A stretch of 64,000 nucleotides of DNA from an uncultured virus (IMG/VR IMGVR_UViG_3300006217_003352) (IMGVR_UViG_3300006217_003352); one strand, 5' to 3'; numbered from the stretch's first letter, positions 1 to 10,129 are shown. Program-made: numbers and translations. Notes: a model not told the origin generated them from the letters alone.

Positions 1-681
1 TTAAGCGCGTTTATCCCACGCGAGTTTATCCTGTCTAAAACTCTCGCCCATAATTCCGCGCAGACTGCCTTTCATAAATACTTTAATTCCGTGCTTATCG
101 GCAAGTCTTACAATATCGTCCACCCACGCTTTTTGCGGAATAACTTTTCCCTTCCGATTGCCCGTTTCTGCGCCTATAATGACAGTTGCCGTTGTACAAA
201 TGGCTTCTGTCATATCAATCGGTTCAAGAATAGGCTCTATGCTCAAAAAGTCCGTAATGTCTCCGTTCTTAAAGAGAACATCCGCCTGCTCCTGCGTTGT
301 AATTGATTTTCCGATATACAACGGTGCCGCTTTCCCGTATTTTAACGTGTACTTCCACAACCTATCCATAAGCACCCTGATGCTTGTCTTTGTGAGAGCC
401 AAATACCAGTGCTGCTGATTTTTGTACATTGCTTCCACAACCGCATCAAGCCATTCGTCGCTCCACGTTCCGATGTCGCTCATACTGTCGATAAAAACAC
501 TTTTCGGCGTTTTGCTTTCAAATTCTTTCAATCTTTCGGGAAAGAACTGCGGGCACTTCCAATCCTTTATGATATGGAAGCGTGTGTTGATACGTTCGCC
601 GTAACAGTATTTGCAACTGTTCTTGCATCCCACTACCGGATTGACCGTGCAATCGCACCAGTCGATTTTTGTCTTTTTCAT
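1..681 (-). CDS. Phage Gp37/Gp68 (DUF5131)-like protein
   Basis: N-terminal TKIDWCD..NPVVGC...CKYCY, SMSD and IIGAETG motifs. Confidence 0.8.
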   Translation of the reverse strand: MKKTKIDWCDCTVNPVVGCKNSCKYCYGERINTRFHIIKDWKCPQFFPERLKEFESKTPKSVFIDSMSDIGTWSDEWLDAVVEAMYKNQQHWYLALTKTSIRVLMDRLWKYTLKYGKAAPLYIGKSITTQEQADVLFKNGDITDFLSIEPILEPIDMTEAICTTATVIIGAETGNRKGKVIPQKAWVDDIVRLADKHGIKVFMKGSLRGIMGESFRQDKLAWDKRA

Positions 682-1136
682 TGCATACTCCTTTTATGTC
701 TTATTTTATGGCAATCCGCACATAGCGTAATTAAATTACCTGGTTCATCTCCGCCGCCGTCTGCAACAGGTTTAATATGATGCACTTCTGCGTCGTCATC
801 TATTGGAACATAAATTCCGCAACTGTTTTTATAGGCAAGAAACTTTCCGCAATCTTGACAGATAAAACTATCTCGATATAAAATTCTCAATGAATACGGA
901 TCGCGTCCACGTTGCCAAACAGTTGCCCTTCCAAATGCCAGACTGCACTCTTTGGAGCAGTATTCTTTCCGCCGCTTATTTTCTATTTTCTTTCCACACC
1001 ACTTGCAGTAGCCGTCATCAACATATTTTGGTTGGGGAAAATAAACATTCTCTTCTCCATACATCTCAACCGCTTTATACAACGGCGGAAAAGGTCTTCT
1101 CAATCCGTGCCGTTCCCAGTACCGTAGCGGTCTCAT
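678..1136 (-). CDS. HNH endonuclease with N-terminal Zn-binding motif
   Basis: RDSFICQDCG...EVHHIKPVADGGGDEPGNLITLCADCH; CKWCG..YCSKEC. Confidence 0.9.
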   Translation of the reverse strand: MRPLRYWERHGLRRPFPPLYKAVEMYGEENVYFPQPKYVDDGYCKWCGKKIENKRRKEYCSKECSLAFGRATVWQRGRDPYSLRILYRDSFICQDCGKFLAYKNSCGIYVPIDDDAEVHHIKPVADGGGDEPGNLITLCADCHKIRHKRSMQ

Positions 1137-1324
1137 AGCGCAACCCCTTTCTCTTGTTCATAAACTTTAACCTTACGTACAAAATCATCAAACTTCTTTC
1201 GCATATATTCAGGCATCAATTCCATCCTACCATAATACAGCGAAAACGATTTTGCTTCGCGTAGCAGTTCCGCCTTCGTATATGTCAATCTCTTCATAGG
1301 TATCTCCTTATAACTTTCTGCCAC
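1133..1324 (-). CDS. Hypothetical phage protein
   Basis: Fills the gap between co-oriented neighbours with overlapping start/stop. Confidence 0.55.
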   Translation of the reverse strand: MAESYKEIPMKRLTYTKAELLREAKSFSLYYGRMELMPEYMRKKFDDFVRKVKVYEQEKGVAL

Positions 1325-1763
1325 AATTCGGGCAATATCTTGCGTGATATACCCATTCTTCTCCTGGCTTTGCTTCTCGCTCCATTATATCGCCTTCGCT
1401 TGATACCGGAACGTATGCGTCAAACTCTTCTGTACAATGTTCGTTGAACGGTCCACAAATAGGACAGGGTTCGTGCTTTTCAAGCCTGTCCGCGAGTCTA
1501 TTCAACTTATTGCTTTCAATCCCCGTTGTTTCGATGCTAAATATAGTCCGCAACTGGTCGAGCATTATCTGCACATCCGCTATTTCTTCCGCGATATTTT
1601 CCATAGCTTTACTGCGAACATTCAGATCGTCGATACTTCGCGTTCTTCGTTCCTTACAAAGTGCCTTCGTAAGTTCCGACATTTCCTCTATCGCCATCAG
1701 GATTTGCGCGTCAATACCGTATGTGCTTACCGCACGTCTAACAATCTCTTCTCTATCCGTCAT
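1308..1763 (-). CDS. MazG-like nucleotide pyrophosphohydrolase
   Basis: EEMSEL...EEIADV acidic helical motif. Confidence 0.7.
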   Translation of the reverse strand: MTDREEIVRRAVSTYGIDAQILMAIEEMSELTKALCKERRTRSIDDLNVRSKAMENIAEEIADVQIMLDQLRTIFSIETTGIESNKLNRLADRLEKHEPCPICGPFNEHCTEEFDAYVPVSSEGDIMEREAKPGEEWVYHARYCPNCGRKL

Positions 1764-2122
1764 TTCTTTTTTCTCTCCTCGTAAATTTTCTTTGCTTCTT
1801 GATATGCCTTACATTCCGTGTAAACACCGCACCATTGCTGGCAGGTCTTTTCTTCCTCGCAGATAGCGCTTGCTAATTTACAAATCGCTTCGTGTTCGTC
1901 GCACTCTTCTTTGGTTTCGTGTCCGGGACAACCTTTAACAAAATCAAAGCCCTTGCAATAGCCGAACGGCAATACCCTACGTCCTTTTGCCTTCTGACTG
2001 TTTAGCCATTCTCTGATTTCTGCAACCGTGTTAAGGGTATTCCCTTCAACGGTAACACAACCTTTCAAATCTTTGGCGTTCCTGATTGCACCGTCTACAT
2101 TCATACAAATGTGATTTATCAT
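1760..2122 (-). CDS. Cys-rich hypothetical phage protein
   Basis: Coupled ORF with RBS; FDFVKGCPGH motif. Confidence 0.65.
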   Translation of the reverse strand: MINHICMNVDGAIRNAKDLKGCVTVEGNTLNTVAEIREWLNSQKAKGRRVLPFGYCKGFDFVKGCPGHETKEECDEHEAICKLASAICEEEKTCQQWCGVYTECKAYQEAKKIYEERKKK

Positions 2123-2125
2123 ACT

Positions 2126-2641
2126 TCACTCCAATCCGTCGCAATGACCGTATTTTCGTATCATAGTCTGTCTATCGTACTCCGCACTGTTTGCTACATA
2201 CTCTTTCGGCGTACACGGCAAGCCCGTGAACGGGTCCGTCATCAGTTCGTATTTCTTCATCATTTTATTATAGAATCCTTCCGGAACAGCCGTATTAGCG
2301 AATATCAATTCTTCCAAAAAATCAATCGCCACCTTCTGTTCTTTTTCAGTCAGTAATCTTTTTGTTTGCTGTTTGCGCTTCATTCTTCCCCCCCCCTTCC
2401 CACTTTGTATAAATGCCCTAATAACGCCACAATCTCTATCGAGTACCGATAAGTGTACAAGACTATTTCCTGCGTTTGTAGAAAGTCTCTTATATATGAT
2501 GAGCGGATTCTTTCTTCCTTGCTTCACTGCTCGTAACACTTCGTATTCGCCTTTCGTCCCCTGTAATTGCCAACCTTCTTCAACCAGCCAGTTCTTAAAC
2601 CTGTCAAGTCGAGAGACGGCGAGTAAGTTTCTGGTTTTCAT
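2126..2641 (-). CDS. Hypothetical protein (possibly two genes joined in frame at a G9 tract)
   Basis: Internal G-rich SD-like run followed by ATG (MKRKQQ). Confidence 0.6.
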   Translation of the reverse strand: MKTRNLLAVSRLDRFKNWLVEEGWQLQGTKGEYEVLRAVKQGRKNPLIIYKRLSTNAGNSLVHLSVLDRDCGVIRAFIQSGKGGGRMKRKQQTKRLLTEKEQKVAIDFLEELIFANTAVPEGFYNKMMKKYELMTDPFTGLPCTPKEYVANSAEYDRQTMIRKYGHCDGLE

Positions 2642-2853
2642 TAAAACAACTCCTCCTCAATCGCTTCTTTGATGTACTGAACAAGTTCGTTAACCGTCAA
2701 GTCTTTCAGGCTTTTCCCGAACGGCACGAGATTATGCTGACCTGCATTATCTTCATTTACCGAGATGTGCAGTTCCCAATCGTCGCCGTCTTCAAGGTAA
2801 TCATTAGGCAGATATTCTACCCTGATTTCCAATTTTTCTTTAATTCGTTTCAT
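2641..2853 (-). CDS. Hypothetical phage protein
   Basis: Translationally coupled ORF. Confidence 0.6.
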   Translation of the reverse strand: MKRIKEKLEIRVEYLPNDYLEDGDDWELHISVNEDNAGQHNLVPFGKSLKDLTVNELVQYIKEAIEEELF

Positions 2854-3139
2854 TGTTGCTTATCCTTTCAAAAGGCTCTCCATAACATCCATTCCCTTCT
2901 ATATGGCGCTCAATATCTTCTATTGCGTAATTTCCCATTACTTCAATAGCAAATTCCGTATCGCGTCCGCAGCAGTCATTCCACAGTTGATATAATCTAC
3001 TCCCCCTGATACCAGCATCAATAACACGCTGAAATGCGTGTTCCGCTTTTAGCGCACGTCCTAATCCGCCGCCCATATATGCTTGACACATAAAGGTCAA
3101 TGCGCCGGGATTCCCTTCACAAGCATCAAAACTAACCAT
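2840..3139 (-). CDS. Hypothetical phage protein
   Basis: AAGGAG RBS; EGNPGA and GIRGSRLYQLWNDCC motifs. Confidence 0.7.
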   Translation of the reverse strand: MVSFDACEGNPGALTFMCQAYMGGGLGRALKAEHAFQRVIDAGIRGSRLYQLWNDCCGRDTEFAIEVMGNYAIEDIERHIEGNGCYGEPFERISNNETN

Positions 3140-3156
3140 TTTTTACTTCTCCTTAT

Positions 3157-4167
3157 TTATATAAATTTGAACGACATCTGCCCAGATTCCAGCCTATCGT
3201 GACAGATCGCCGCATTTTCCGACGATAATTCTATAAGTACGTACTCTCTTCCGTGTTGCGCTGCAACCACTCCCGTTGTTCCCGTTCCAGCAAACGGATC
3301 AAGCACTATTCCGCCGATCTTACTGCCGGCCAAGATACACGGCTCAACCAATTTCGGCGGAAACGTCGCAAAGTGATGATACTTGCTTCCGACTGTAGGA
3401 ATATTCCATACAGACCGCTTTCTACGCATCCCTGTTTCGTTCGGAAGATTCCCGTGCGTTTCATTATCTTTTGCTTCGCTATTGTTAAACGCACCGTTTT
3501 GCGTGTATGTACCGCCGCCGCGAAATGTCTTTCTATTGCCCTTCCTGCGCCGCGAGTTCGGTCTTAACGTCCCCTTGCTTCCTGCAGGCGGGTCGTTATT
3601 GAACCCAACGCACGGCTCTTCTATTGCCTGATAATCGAAATAGTACCGCGATGATTTGGAAAACAAAAGCACGTACTCGTGAGAGTTCGTACATCTGTCT
3701 TTTACGCTTTCCGGCATACAATTCGGCTTATTCCATATATCGACCTGTCGCCAATACCAACCGTCTGTGCGAAGCGCAAATGCAAGCAAAAACGGAATGC
3801 CTATCAAATCTTTCGGCTTACATCCTTCTACATCTGTTCTGTCGATACCACTTCCAAGCAATCCTTTATTCGTTCCCTGCTTATACTTTGCAGCGTTTTC
3901 AGGGTAATTCGCTGCGCCCTTCCCGCTGCCAGCGTAACTATCTGCTATATTGACCCAAAGCGTACCGTCCTTTTTCAATACACGACGAACTTCCCGAAAT
4001 ACCGCAACCAATTTTTCAATGTACTCTTCTACCGTTTCTTCAAGCCCGATTTGTCCTTCTACTCCGTAATCGCGCAACTTAAAATACGGCGGAGATGTAA
4101 CGCAGCAATCTACGCTTTCTGCAGGCAATTCTTGAAGTTTAATGAGTGCATCTCCTTGTAAAATCAT
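3157..4167 (-). CDS. Beta-class DNA amino-methyltransferase (N4-C/N6-A)
   Basis: TSPPY catalytic motif followed by HFATFP and DPFAGTGTT; start reset to MILQGD after GTAGGAG RBS. Confidence 0.92.
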   Translation of the reverse strand: MILQGDALIKLQELPAESVDCCVTSPPYFKLRDYGVEGQIGLEETVEEYIEKLVAVFREVRRVLKKDGTLWVNIADSYAGSGKGAANYPENAAKYKQGTNKGLLGSGIDRTDVEGCKPKDLIGIPFLLAFALRTDGWYWRQVDIWNKPNCMPESVKDRCTNSHEYVLLFSKSSRYYFDYQAIEEPCVGFNNDPPAGSKGTLRPNSRRRKGNRKTFRGGGTYTQNGAFNNSEAKDNETHGNLPNETGMRRKRSVWNIPTVGSKYHHFATFPPKLVEPCILAGSKIGGIVLDPFAGTGTTGVVAAQHGREYVLIELSSENAAICHDRLESGQMSFKFI

Positions 4168-4234
4168 ATATCTCCTACCTATTAAAACAATATCGGCAAT
4201 ATTGTTATGATGATAACTAAAATAGCCTTCTTTC

Positions 4235-4972
4235 TCATACGTCAACCTTCTTGCGTGTTCTGTGTATCGGAATATAGCCGTTCCTAAATTTCTCTTCAAG
4301 CGCGAATATCGAATATTCTTTTTTGAATGGACGCTCTATCTCTGTTTGCAGGGCTTTCAGCCTTTCCCAATAGTGAGGCAGGTATTTCCAGATATTGTAC
4401 AATTCCCATAAGTTTTTGTTTCCGCAACACCAACAGGAAACCCTATCAAGTACGTCGTACAAATCTATTCCCGATTCATTCCATCCTATATCGCGCTTTC
4501 TGCAAAAATCAAGGCAATCTTTCTCTGTCATCCGCCACTCTGCAAGTGGGAATTTTTTATATGCCTTCCTTTCTTTACTTAACCTTTCAGGCTCATCTGC
4601 AGCAAGCCCAACATAGCAAATCGCATATCTTTCTTCACAGTATTTATCAAGGGCTTTTAGTTTTTCAGTTGTTCCCCAGCGACACACACCTCCGCACCAA
4701 GCATACCCTCTATGTTCATTCGCTTTACCAACATTTACCGGCTTATCTATCATAGTGTAGGTAAACGGACATTCTGGTTTAAGTAACGTACACTTGATTC
4801 CAGCAGATTCCGCTCTTTTCTTTAATTTGTCCCAGTTATGGTATATCGGACTAAACTCCATTCCCGTGTCGTAAAAGATAATCTCGTCTAATGGCCTCTT
4901 TTCTTCTATGAGACGATATGTCATTGCAAGACTATCTTTACCATTGCTGCAACTTGATATAAAATACTTCAT
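4235..4972 (-). CDS. PAPS-reductase-family (PP-loop) protein
   Basis: SCSNGKDSLA PP-loop, DTGMEF, RVSCWCC. Confidence 0.85.
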   Translation of the reverse strand: MKYFISSCSNGKDSLAMTYRLIEEKRPLDEIIFYDTGMEFSPIYHNWDKLKKRAESAGIKCTLLKPECPFTYTMIDKPVNVGKANEHRGYAWCGGVCRWGTTEKLKALDKYCEERYAICYVGLAADEPERLSKERKAYKKFPLAEWRMTEKDCLDFCRKRDIGWNESGIDLYDVLDRVSCWCCGNKNLWELYNIWKYLPHYWERLKALQTEIERPFKKEYSIFALEEKFRNGYIPIHRTRKKVDV

Positions 4973-4981
4973 ATAACCGCC

Positions 4982-6733
4982 TTATCCGCACATAGCGGCG
5001 TTTAATTCTTTAACTGTGTGAAGTGGTTTCTTATATGCCAGATCGGTCATATTTGCTCTGATAAGCGCCGTAGCAACTTGTGGGCATACCGCATTACCGA
5101 GCCTTGCAATTTGTTTTGCTTCGCTATACTTTTTACCGATATACGGTTCAATGTCGATAACGTAATCTATCGGGAATCCCTGCGCAAGTTTTAACTCTTT
5201 CGCTTTCAACATCCGCATACCGATGTCCGCTATAAAATGCCGTATTCCGTTAATTTCTAAAATCAGTATTTCATCTTCCGCTATACTGTACCCGGCATAA
5301 TCATTCAAGAGTTTGCGAACTTTGTCCCAGTTCTTCAAATTTTGCAAACCGTCGTACTTCTGAATATACGTTGTAATCTGCGCAAAATGCCCTGCGGATG
5401 TTGTAAGCGTTGGCAACGGCTCATCCATTGCTTTGCAGTCCGTATTCTTCCGTAATACGCACAGATGACTTTCAACTACCGCGCTGTGATCTATTCCTGT
5501 AACCGTAGGCGCAGGCTCGTTTATGTTCGCTCCCGCTTGCTTCTCGCCACTGAAATACTTTGTGAGATACGGCATAACCGCGCCGAACCGTGTCGCACCC
5601 GCCATAACAGTATCAATCGGTTTTTCTGGTTGCTGCCCCAGACTGTTCTGCTGGAACTTCGTCAATATCGGAGTAGCAACCGCAAAACCGTGTTTCTGCG
5701 TAATTGTAGGGAACCCTTCGTCAACTTGCTGTCCGCGAATCGTATCTCCGCTATGATTTACCTGTACGATCTCCGGCGTTATCAAATAGTGATGATTTGC
5801 CGTCGTCTGCGTCGTCATAGGCTTTTCGGGGTCTTGTGCCGTATTTTGGTAGTTCATCTCCATAATGAACGGGCGCGGATTCTTCAAAACGAACTTATCA
5901 AGTCCACGCGCTATGCGCCGTTGCGTATTAACCGCAAGGTCTTTCTTCCGCCCGAATATCGAAGGGCAAGGAATGGACCAATCAATGCACTCCGCCGCAG
6001 TTCTATACGGTCCCAATCCCTTCCCGTGTGTAGGTTCGGGCCATACAATAGGCTGCCCGTCTCTACGCGCTATCAAATAAAACCGTTTGCGGATTGTCGG
6101 CGCACCATAGTCGCAGGCTTTGAGAACTTTATAGTCCACGTTATACCCAAGCCCGTTTGCAAGCCTGTTCCCCTGTTCGCTGTCAGGCGTAATCTTCAAG
6201 AACTCGCAGGCTTCCGCAAATGCAGGATGACTTTTACTGATGCCGTTTGTGAGCATTGAGATAAATCCGTTAAACGTCTCGCCTTTTCGTTCGGGATCGG
6301 GGTATGTATTACCGTCAATTTCTTTCAATGGTCCCCAAGTCTGGATTTCTTCTACGTTTTCCATAAAGATACAGCGCGGCGCAACGTGCGATAATGCCCA
6401 TTTAAGAATAACCCACGATAGACCGCGAATTTTCTTACTTACTGGAACCCCGCCCTTTGCTCTGCTGTGATGCTTACAATCGGGCGAAAACCACGCGATT
6501 CCGACAGGTCTTCCGCCCGTAACCTTTTCAGGATCAATCGCAAACACATCTTCCTGATAATGCGTCGTGCAGGGGTGGTTGACCTTGTGCATTGCGATTG
6601 CGTCTTCGTCGTGATTGACCGCTATATCTACCGGTCTTCCGACAGCAAGTTCAATGCCGATACTTGCACCGCCGCCGCCAGCAAAATTGTCTACTATAAG
6701 TTCATTTAATAAACTGTCCTGATACCCGCTCAT
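4982..6733 (-). CDS. DNA cytosine-C5 methyltransferase
   Basis: FAGGGGAS motif I, SPDC catalytic motif, ENV, RKRFY and LGNAV motifs; start likely MSGYQD. Confidence 0.93.
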   Translation of the reverse strand: MSGYQDSLLNELIVDNFAGGGGASIGIELAVGRPVDIAVNHDEDAIAMHKVNHPCTTHYQEDVFAIDPEKVTGGRPVGIAWFSPDCKHHSRAKGGVPVSKKIRGLSWVILKWALSHVAPRCIFMENVEEIQTWGPLKEIDGNTYPDPERKGETFNGFISMLTNGISKSHPAFAEACEFLKITPDSEQGNRLANGLGYNVDYKVLKACDYGAPTIRKRFYLIARRDGQPIVWPEPTHGKGLGPYRTAAECIDWSIPCPSIFGRKKDLAVNTQRRIARGLDKFVLKNPRPFIMEMNYQNTAQDPEKPMTTQTTANHHYLITPEIVQVNHSGDTIRGQQVDEGFPTITQKHGFAVATPILTKFQQNSLGQQPEKPIDTVMAGATRFGAVMPYLTKYFSGEKQAGANINEPAPTVTGIDHSAVVESHLCVLRKNTDCKAMDEPLPTLTTSAGHFAQITTYIQKYDGLQNLKNWDKVRKLLNDYAGYSIAEDEILILEINGIRHFIADIGMRMLKAKELKLAQGFPIDYVIDIEPYIGKKYSEAKQIARLGNAVCPQVATALIRANMTDLAYKKPLHTVKELNAAMCG

Positions 6734-7401
6734 CTTTCTTTGCCATACACCCTTTTTAGAATTGTCGGAATCTTTTCCCCGATTTTCTTCAAGCACTTTT
6801 CGAGATTGAGCTGATACTGTTCAACCGTGCTTCCGCTCCCAAACTTATCTGAAATAACTTTGTAACAATAACACTCAATATCATTGAAATAGCAAGCCTG
6901 CAAAATCGCAGCCCCTTCCATATCACGCACATCCGCATCCAGAATCTGCGTCAAAAGTACATTATCTTCTTTGCTATCATTAAACCTATCTGCGGTCGCA
7001 AGTCTTCTTGCGTCCATTTGTGTAACGTCGAAAGTTAAGTAGTTAGAATACATACCGTCCAGCGTTCCAATTTTCGTACCGTTAACTTCTGATAAATCGA
7101 AATCGTATTGTACTGCATTGTATATTTCATACATCTCTCCGATTTCTACTGTGTTGTTAAGACCGCCTGCTACGCCGATATTGATAATAATGTCTGCAGA
7201 TAAATAATCGTATGCTATTTGCGTACACACTGCTGCGTTTACTTTCCCAACGCCGCTGACGATAACGCTTAACTTTTCTCCATTCAGCCTTCCTATGAAT
7301 GCACGTCTTCCGAAGACATTATGCTCAACTATCGAATCAAATTGCCTTACGATAGGCTCCGCTTCTTTTAACATTGCAACTATGATACAAACTTCTTTCA
7401 T
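6730..7401 (-). CDS. mtnN: 5'-methylthioadenosine/S-adenosylhomocysteine nucleosidase
   Basis: AMLKE, SGVGKVNAA, INIGVAGGL, DMEGAA, KVISD motifs of the Pfs/MTAN family. Confidence 0.85.
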   Translation of the reverse strand: MKEVCIIVAMLKEAEPIVRQFDSIVEHNVFGRRAFIGRLNGEKLSVIVSGVGKVNAAVCTQIAYDYLSADIIINIGVAGGLNNTVEIGEMYEIYNAVQYDFDLSEVNGTKIGTLDGMYSNYLTFDVTQMDARRLATADRFNDSKEDNVLLTQILDADVRDMEGAAILQACYFNDIECYCYKVISDKFGSGSTVEQYQLNLEKCLKKIGEKIPTILKRVYGKER

Positions 7402-7676
7402 ACCACCACATCCCAATTTATTTTTGCTTCTTTGCCGTCCCATTGTGCAGTCGTTTCGTCAAAGTCAATATGCTCTCCACTTTTTTCAACCGAAAGCATT
7501 ACCCATATTTCCCCTATCGGGAACTTATACTTCGCGCATAATTCATTCAGGTTCTGCATCGCAATTTTCTTTGCCGTTTCTATGCTGTTACCGTAAGCGT
7601 TTACAGTAAACCCGACATTTCCTGACAACGGCTGAACAGTAAGCGTTGCCATATACTGTGCTTTTTCGTTATTCAT
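7398..7676 (-). CDS. Hypothetical phage protein
   Basis: Coupled ORF. Confidence 0.6.
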   Translation of the reverse strand: MNNEKAQYMATLTVQPLSGNVGFTVNAYGNSIETAKKIAMQNLNELCAKYKFPIGEIWVMLSVEKSGEHIDFDETTAQWDGKEAKINWDVVV

Positions 7677-9619
7677 TACTGACCTCCCGCAGCGAGCGCC
7701 AAAAAACCGTTGCTTTCGATTAAATAGTCTTTTTGATTTTCAAACACTTTGTTATAATTCTCTTCTCCGCCGTCGAAGGAATCTACAACCGCCCGCTCTT
7801 CTTCCGTCATACTCTTATACGATGCTCTTCCGTAGTTCGGCGGAAGCCAATTCTTATTTTTGCCAGCGTAGATGTTCAGCCGGTCTATCAAGATTTTTGC
7901 ATCATCTCTAAACGTGATGTGACAGGTTCCTTTCTTATAGAACGTAACGTAGAAGTACGTACAATCTATGTTTCGCGTCTCGCCGCACCGTTCCGCAAAA
8001 TGCAATCTGTTTGCCAAGTCGCAACGTGTTCTCTTCGGGTCTTTGCCGTCAAGATAATCAAGCGTCTTTTCTAAATCGGCAAGTACGGAATAGCAACTAC
8101 GACTATCTATAAAATCGTTCTTCTTTTCAACCAGCCGCTGATACTTATCGTAATCGTATCTGTGGGCGAACGACCCGTAGGCTGGTATTATAACTTTGTA
8201 ATTGACCTTGTGAGCCTTGTTTGTCTTCCAGCCGTTGTAATAGTGAATGTTCTCATTATTGCCTTCATAGTAGCAATGTTCGTTCGATAACTTATCGAAT
8301 AGCCGAAGTATCTCGTCTTCAACACCCATTTGTAACTGCGCTTGAATGTCCCAGATAACTTCCTGAATATTGAACATCGAAAACTCGTAATCTGCCATAT
8401 CGTTGATTTTTGCATCATACGAATTACGAATAGCCGTCGTCATTTGCTTTCCGATCGCCGGCAAATCTAACAACTGCTTCCAATACTTCAATCTTACGGT
8501 TTTCAAAAAATCGTTTATCGCTTCCGTATCAATACTGTTGCGGACCTCGTGTCCGCCAATCATAAGACCGATTGTCGGCTTACTGTACCAATCGGAACCG
8601 AGCATTATTTTTGGACGAAGCGAATCCCATTCCCGCAGGAACGCCAGCGATGCTTCGGACTCAATCTCGTATGCCCTAACAAGCCCATCTATTCTATCGC
8701 CGGGCGCAACGTCCTTACATTCTTCGCTTTGGAACTTTTCGCCGCGAGCCTTTTCCATTCTTGAAAACATTTCCGACTCTCTGACTTTCGACGGGATATT
8801 GAAACTTATCAAAGCAATGTTTGTATCGGTCTTTCTTTCCGCTTTCTTAAACGGCGATTTCAAATACCTCACTACCGCCCGATGCTCCGCGATTTTCTTC
8901 ATCAAGACTTTGCGCAAATTCGTGTATGGATTGAGCAGCGTCTCTGCATTGAGCAAACATACGATCTGCCCGCCGACCCATTCTTGCATTTCGATTGCCC
9001 TAATCAAATGCTCGTCGCCATTTGAAAACGGCGGGTTCATAATAATCAAATCGTACTTTTTGCTTGTAGCGTAATTCAGAAAATTATCGTGGACGACGCG
9101 GTAGCTCTTGCCTTTCAGTATCATACGCAAATTTGCATCCATCTCTACGCAGTCAATATCTACTGTTCTTTCGTTGCGGCTATGTTTGCAATAATGCTTT
9201 ACCGCGTCGCACAAATCCCCCTTACCTGCAGAAGGTTCAAGTATCGTCTTTACTTTCGACCAATTTACACATCCGATCATCTGACCGCATACGCTTTTAG
9301 GGGTAGGAAAAAACTCGCTGTTGTCGCTCTCCGGCAGATATTTTATGTCAAACGCTTGCTTCCCATTGTCTGACTTAAATTTTCCTTCGCGCACAGCTTC
9401 TTCGTAACCGCTCGCTATATTTCGTTTCATTTCCGCGAGCGTAGTCGCTTCTCTTGCATAAATGCAACAATCGGTATGGAAATAGTATGAATTACGATAG
9501 CCTTTTCGGCTGTAAATCGTACCAACGCGCTGACCGCCGATATACGCATCGTATTCATTTTCCCTGATTTTGCCCTTGCTGTACTTGTCTACCAATGGGA
9601 ACAATGTTACTGTCGTCAT
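7676..9619 (-). CDS. N6-adenine DNA methyltransferase with DUF4942-like C-terminus
   Basis: EFFPTP, LEPSAGKG, MNPPF; C-terminal FYKKGTCH motif. Confidence 0.85.
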   Translation of the reverse strand: MTTVTLFPLVDKYSKGKIRENEYDAYIGGQRVGTIYSRKGYRNSYYFHTDCCIYAREATTLAEMKRNIASGYEEAVREGKFKSDNGKQAFDIKYLPESDNSEFFPTPKSVCGQMIGCVNWSKVKTILEPSAGKGDLCDAVKHYCKHSRNERTVDIDCVEMDANLRMILKGKSYRVVHDNFLNYATSKKYDLIIMNPPFSNGDEHLIRAIEMQEWVGGQIVCLLNAETLLNPYTNLRKVLMKKIAEHRAVVRYLKSPFKKAERKTDTNIALISFNIPSKVRESEMFSRMEKARGEKFQSEECKDVAPGDRIDGLVRAYEIESEASLAFLREWDSLRPKIMLGSDWYSKPTIGLMIGGHEVRNSIDTEAINDFLKTVRLKYWKQLLDLPAIGKQMTTAIRNSYDAKINDMADYEFSMFNIQEVIWDIQAQLQMGVEDEILRLFDKLSNEHCYYEGNNENIHYYNGWKTNKAHKVNYKVIIPAYGSFAHRYDYDKYQRLVEKKNDFIDSRSCYSVLADLEKTLDYLDGKDPKRTRCDLANRLHFAERCGETRNIDCTYFYVTFYKKGTCHITFRDDAKILIDRLNIYAGKNKNWLPPNYGRASYKSMTEEERAVVDSFDGGEENYNKVFENQKDYLIESNGFLALAAGGQ

Positions 9620-10083
9620 TGCTTTTTACTCCTATCTTTTAACCAATCAGCGAAGTAACTTTTGTCTTCGCTGCACCATTCTTCTGCCCTGTCGATTACC
9701 ACGTTCGCATCAATACGCGAAGTGTTTATCTTGTCTTCCAATGCTTTTATCAGCAGAGCGTCGATTTCTTCTTGATTGAAACAAAACGCGAGAAAGCCGT
9801 TTATCGAGACTTCCATTCTCGCACTTCCGTCTTTCCCGCACTCTATCGCGTTATCGACTGTCATCTCTTCTTTCAAGCACTCATCACAAACGCCGTCGTG
9901 CAGTTCGTCTTCTCTAAAATACTCGCCGCAGATTTCGCAGCGCTTTGCATCTACCACTTCGCCGCCGCAAGGACAAACCGAATATGTTTCGTAGCAACCG
10001 CCCATATAATCGCTGATGTAACTTCTTTCCTGCTTCAAATCCGACTCGTCAAGAACGTCTCCGCAGTCTTCGCATATTACCAT
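9616..10083 (-). CDS. Cys-rich Zn-finger-like phage protein
   Basis: Several CxxC pairs; GGAGG RBS. Confidence 0.7.
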   Translation of the reverse strand: MVICEDCGDVLDESDLKQERSYISDYMGGCYETYSVCPCGGEVVDAKRCEICGEYFREDELHDGVCDECLKEEMTVDNAIECGKDGSARMEVSINGFLAFCFNQEEIDALLIKALEDKINTSRIDANVVIDRAEEWCSEDKSYFADWLKDRSKKQ

Positions 10084-10129
10084 TTCAAAACCTCCAACAA
10101 AAAGCGAACGCAGGTCGCTTATGTATTTC

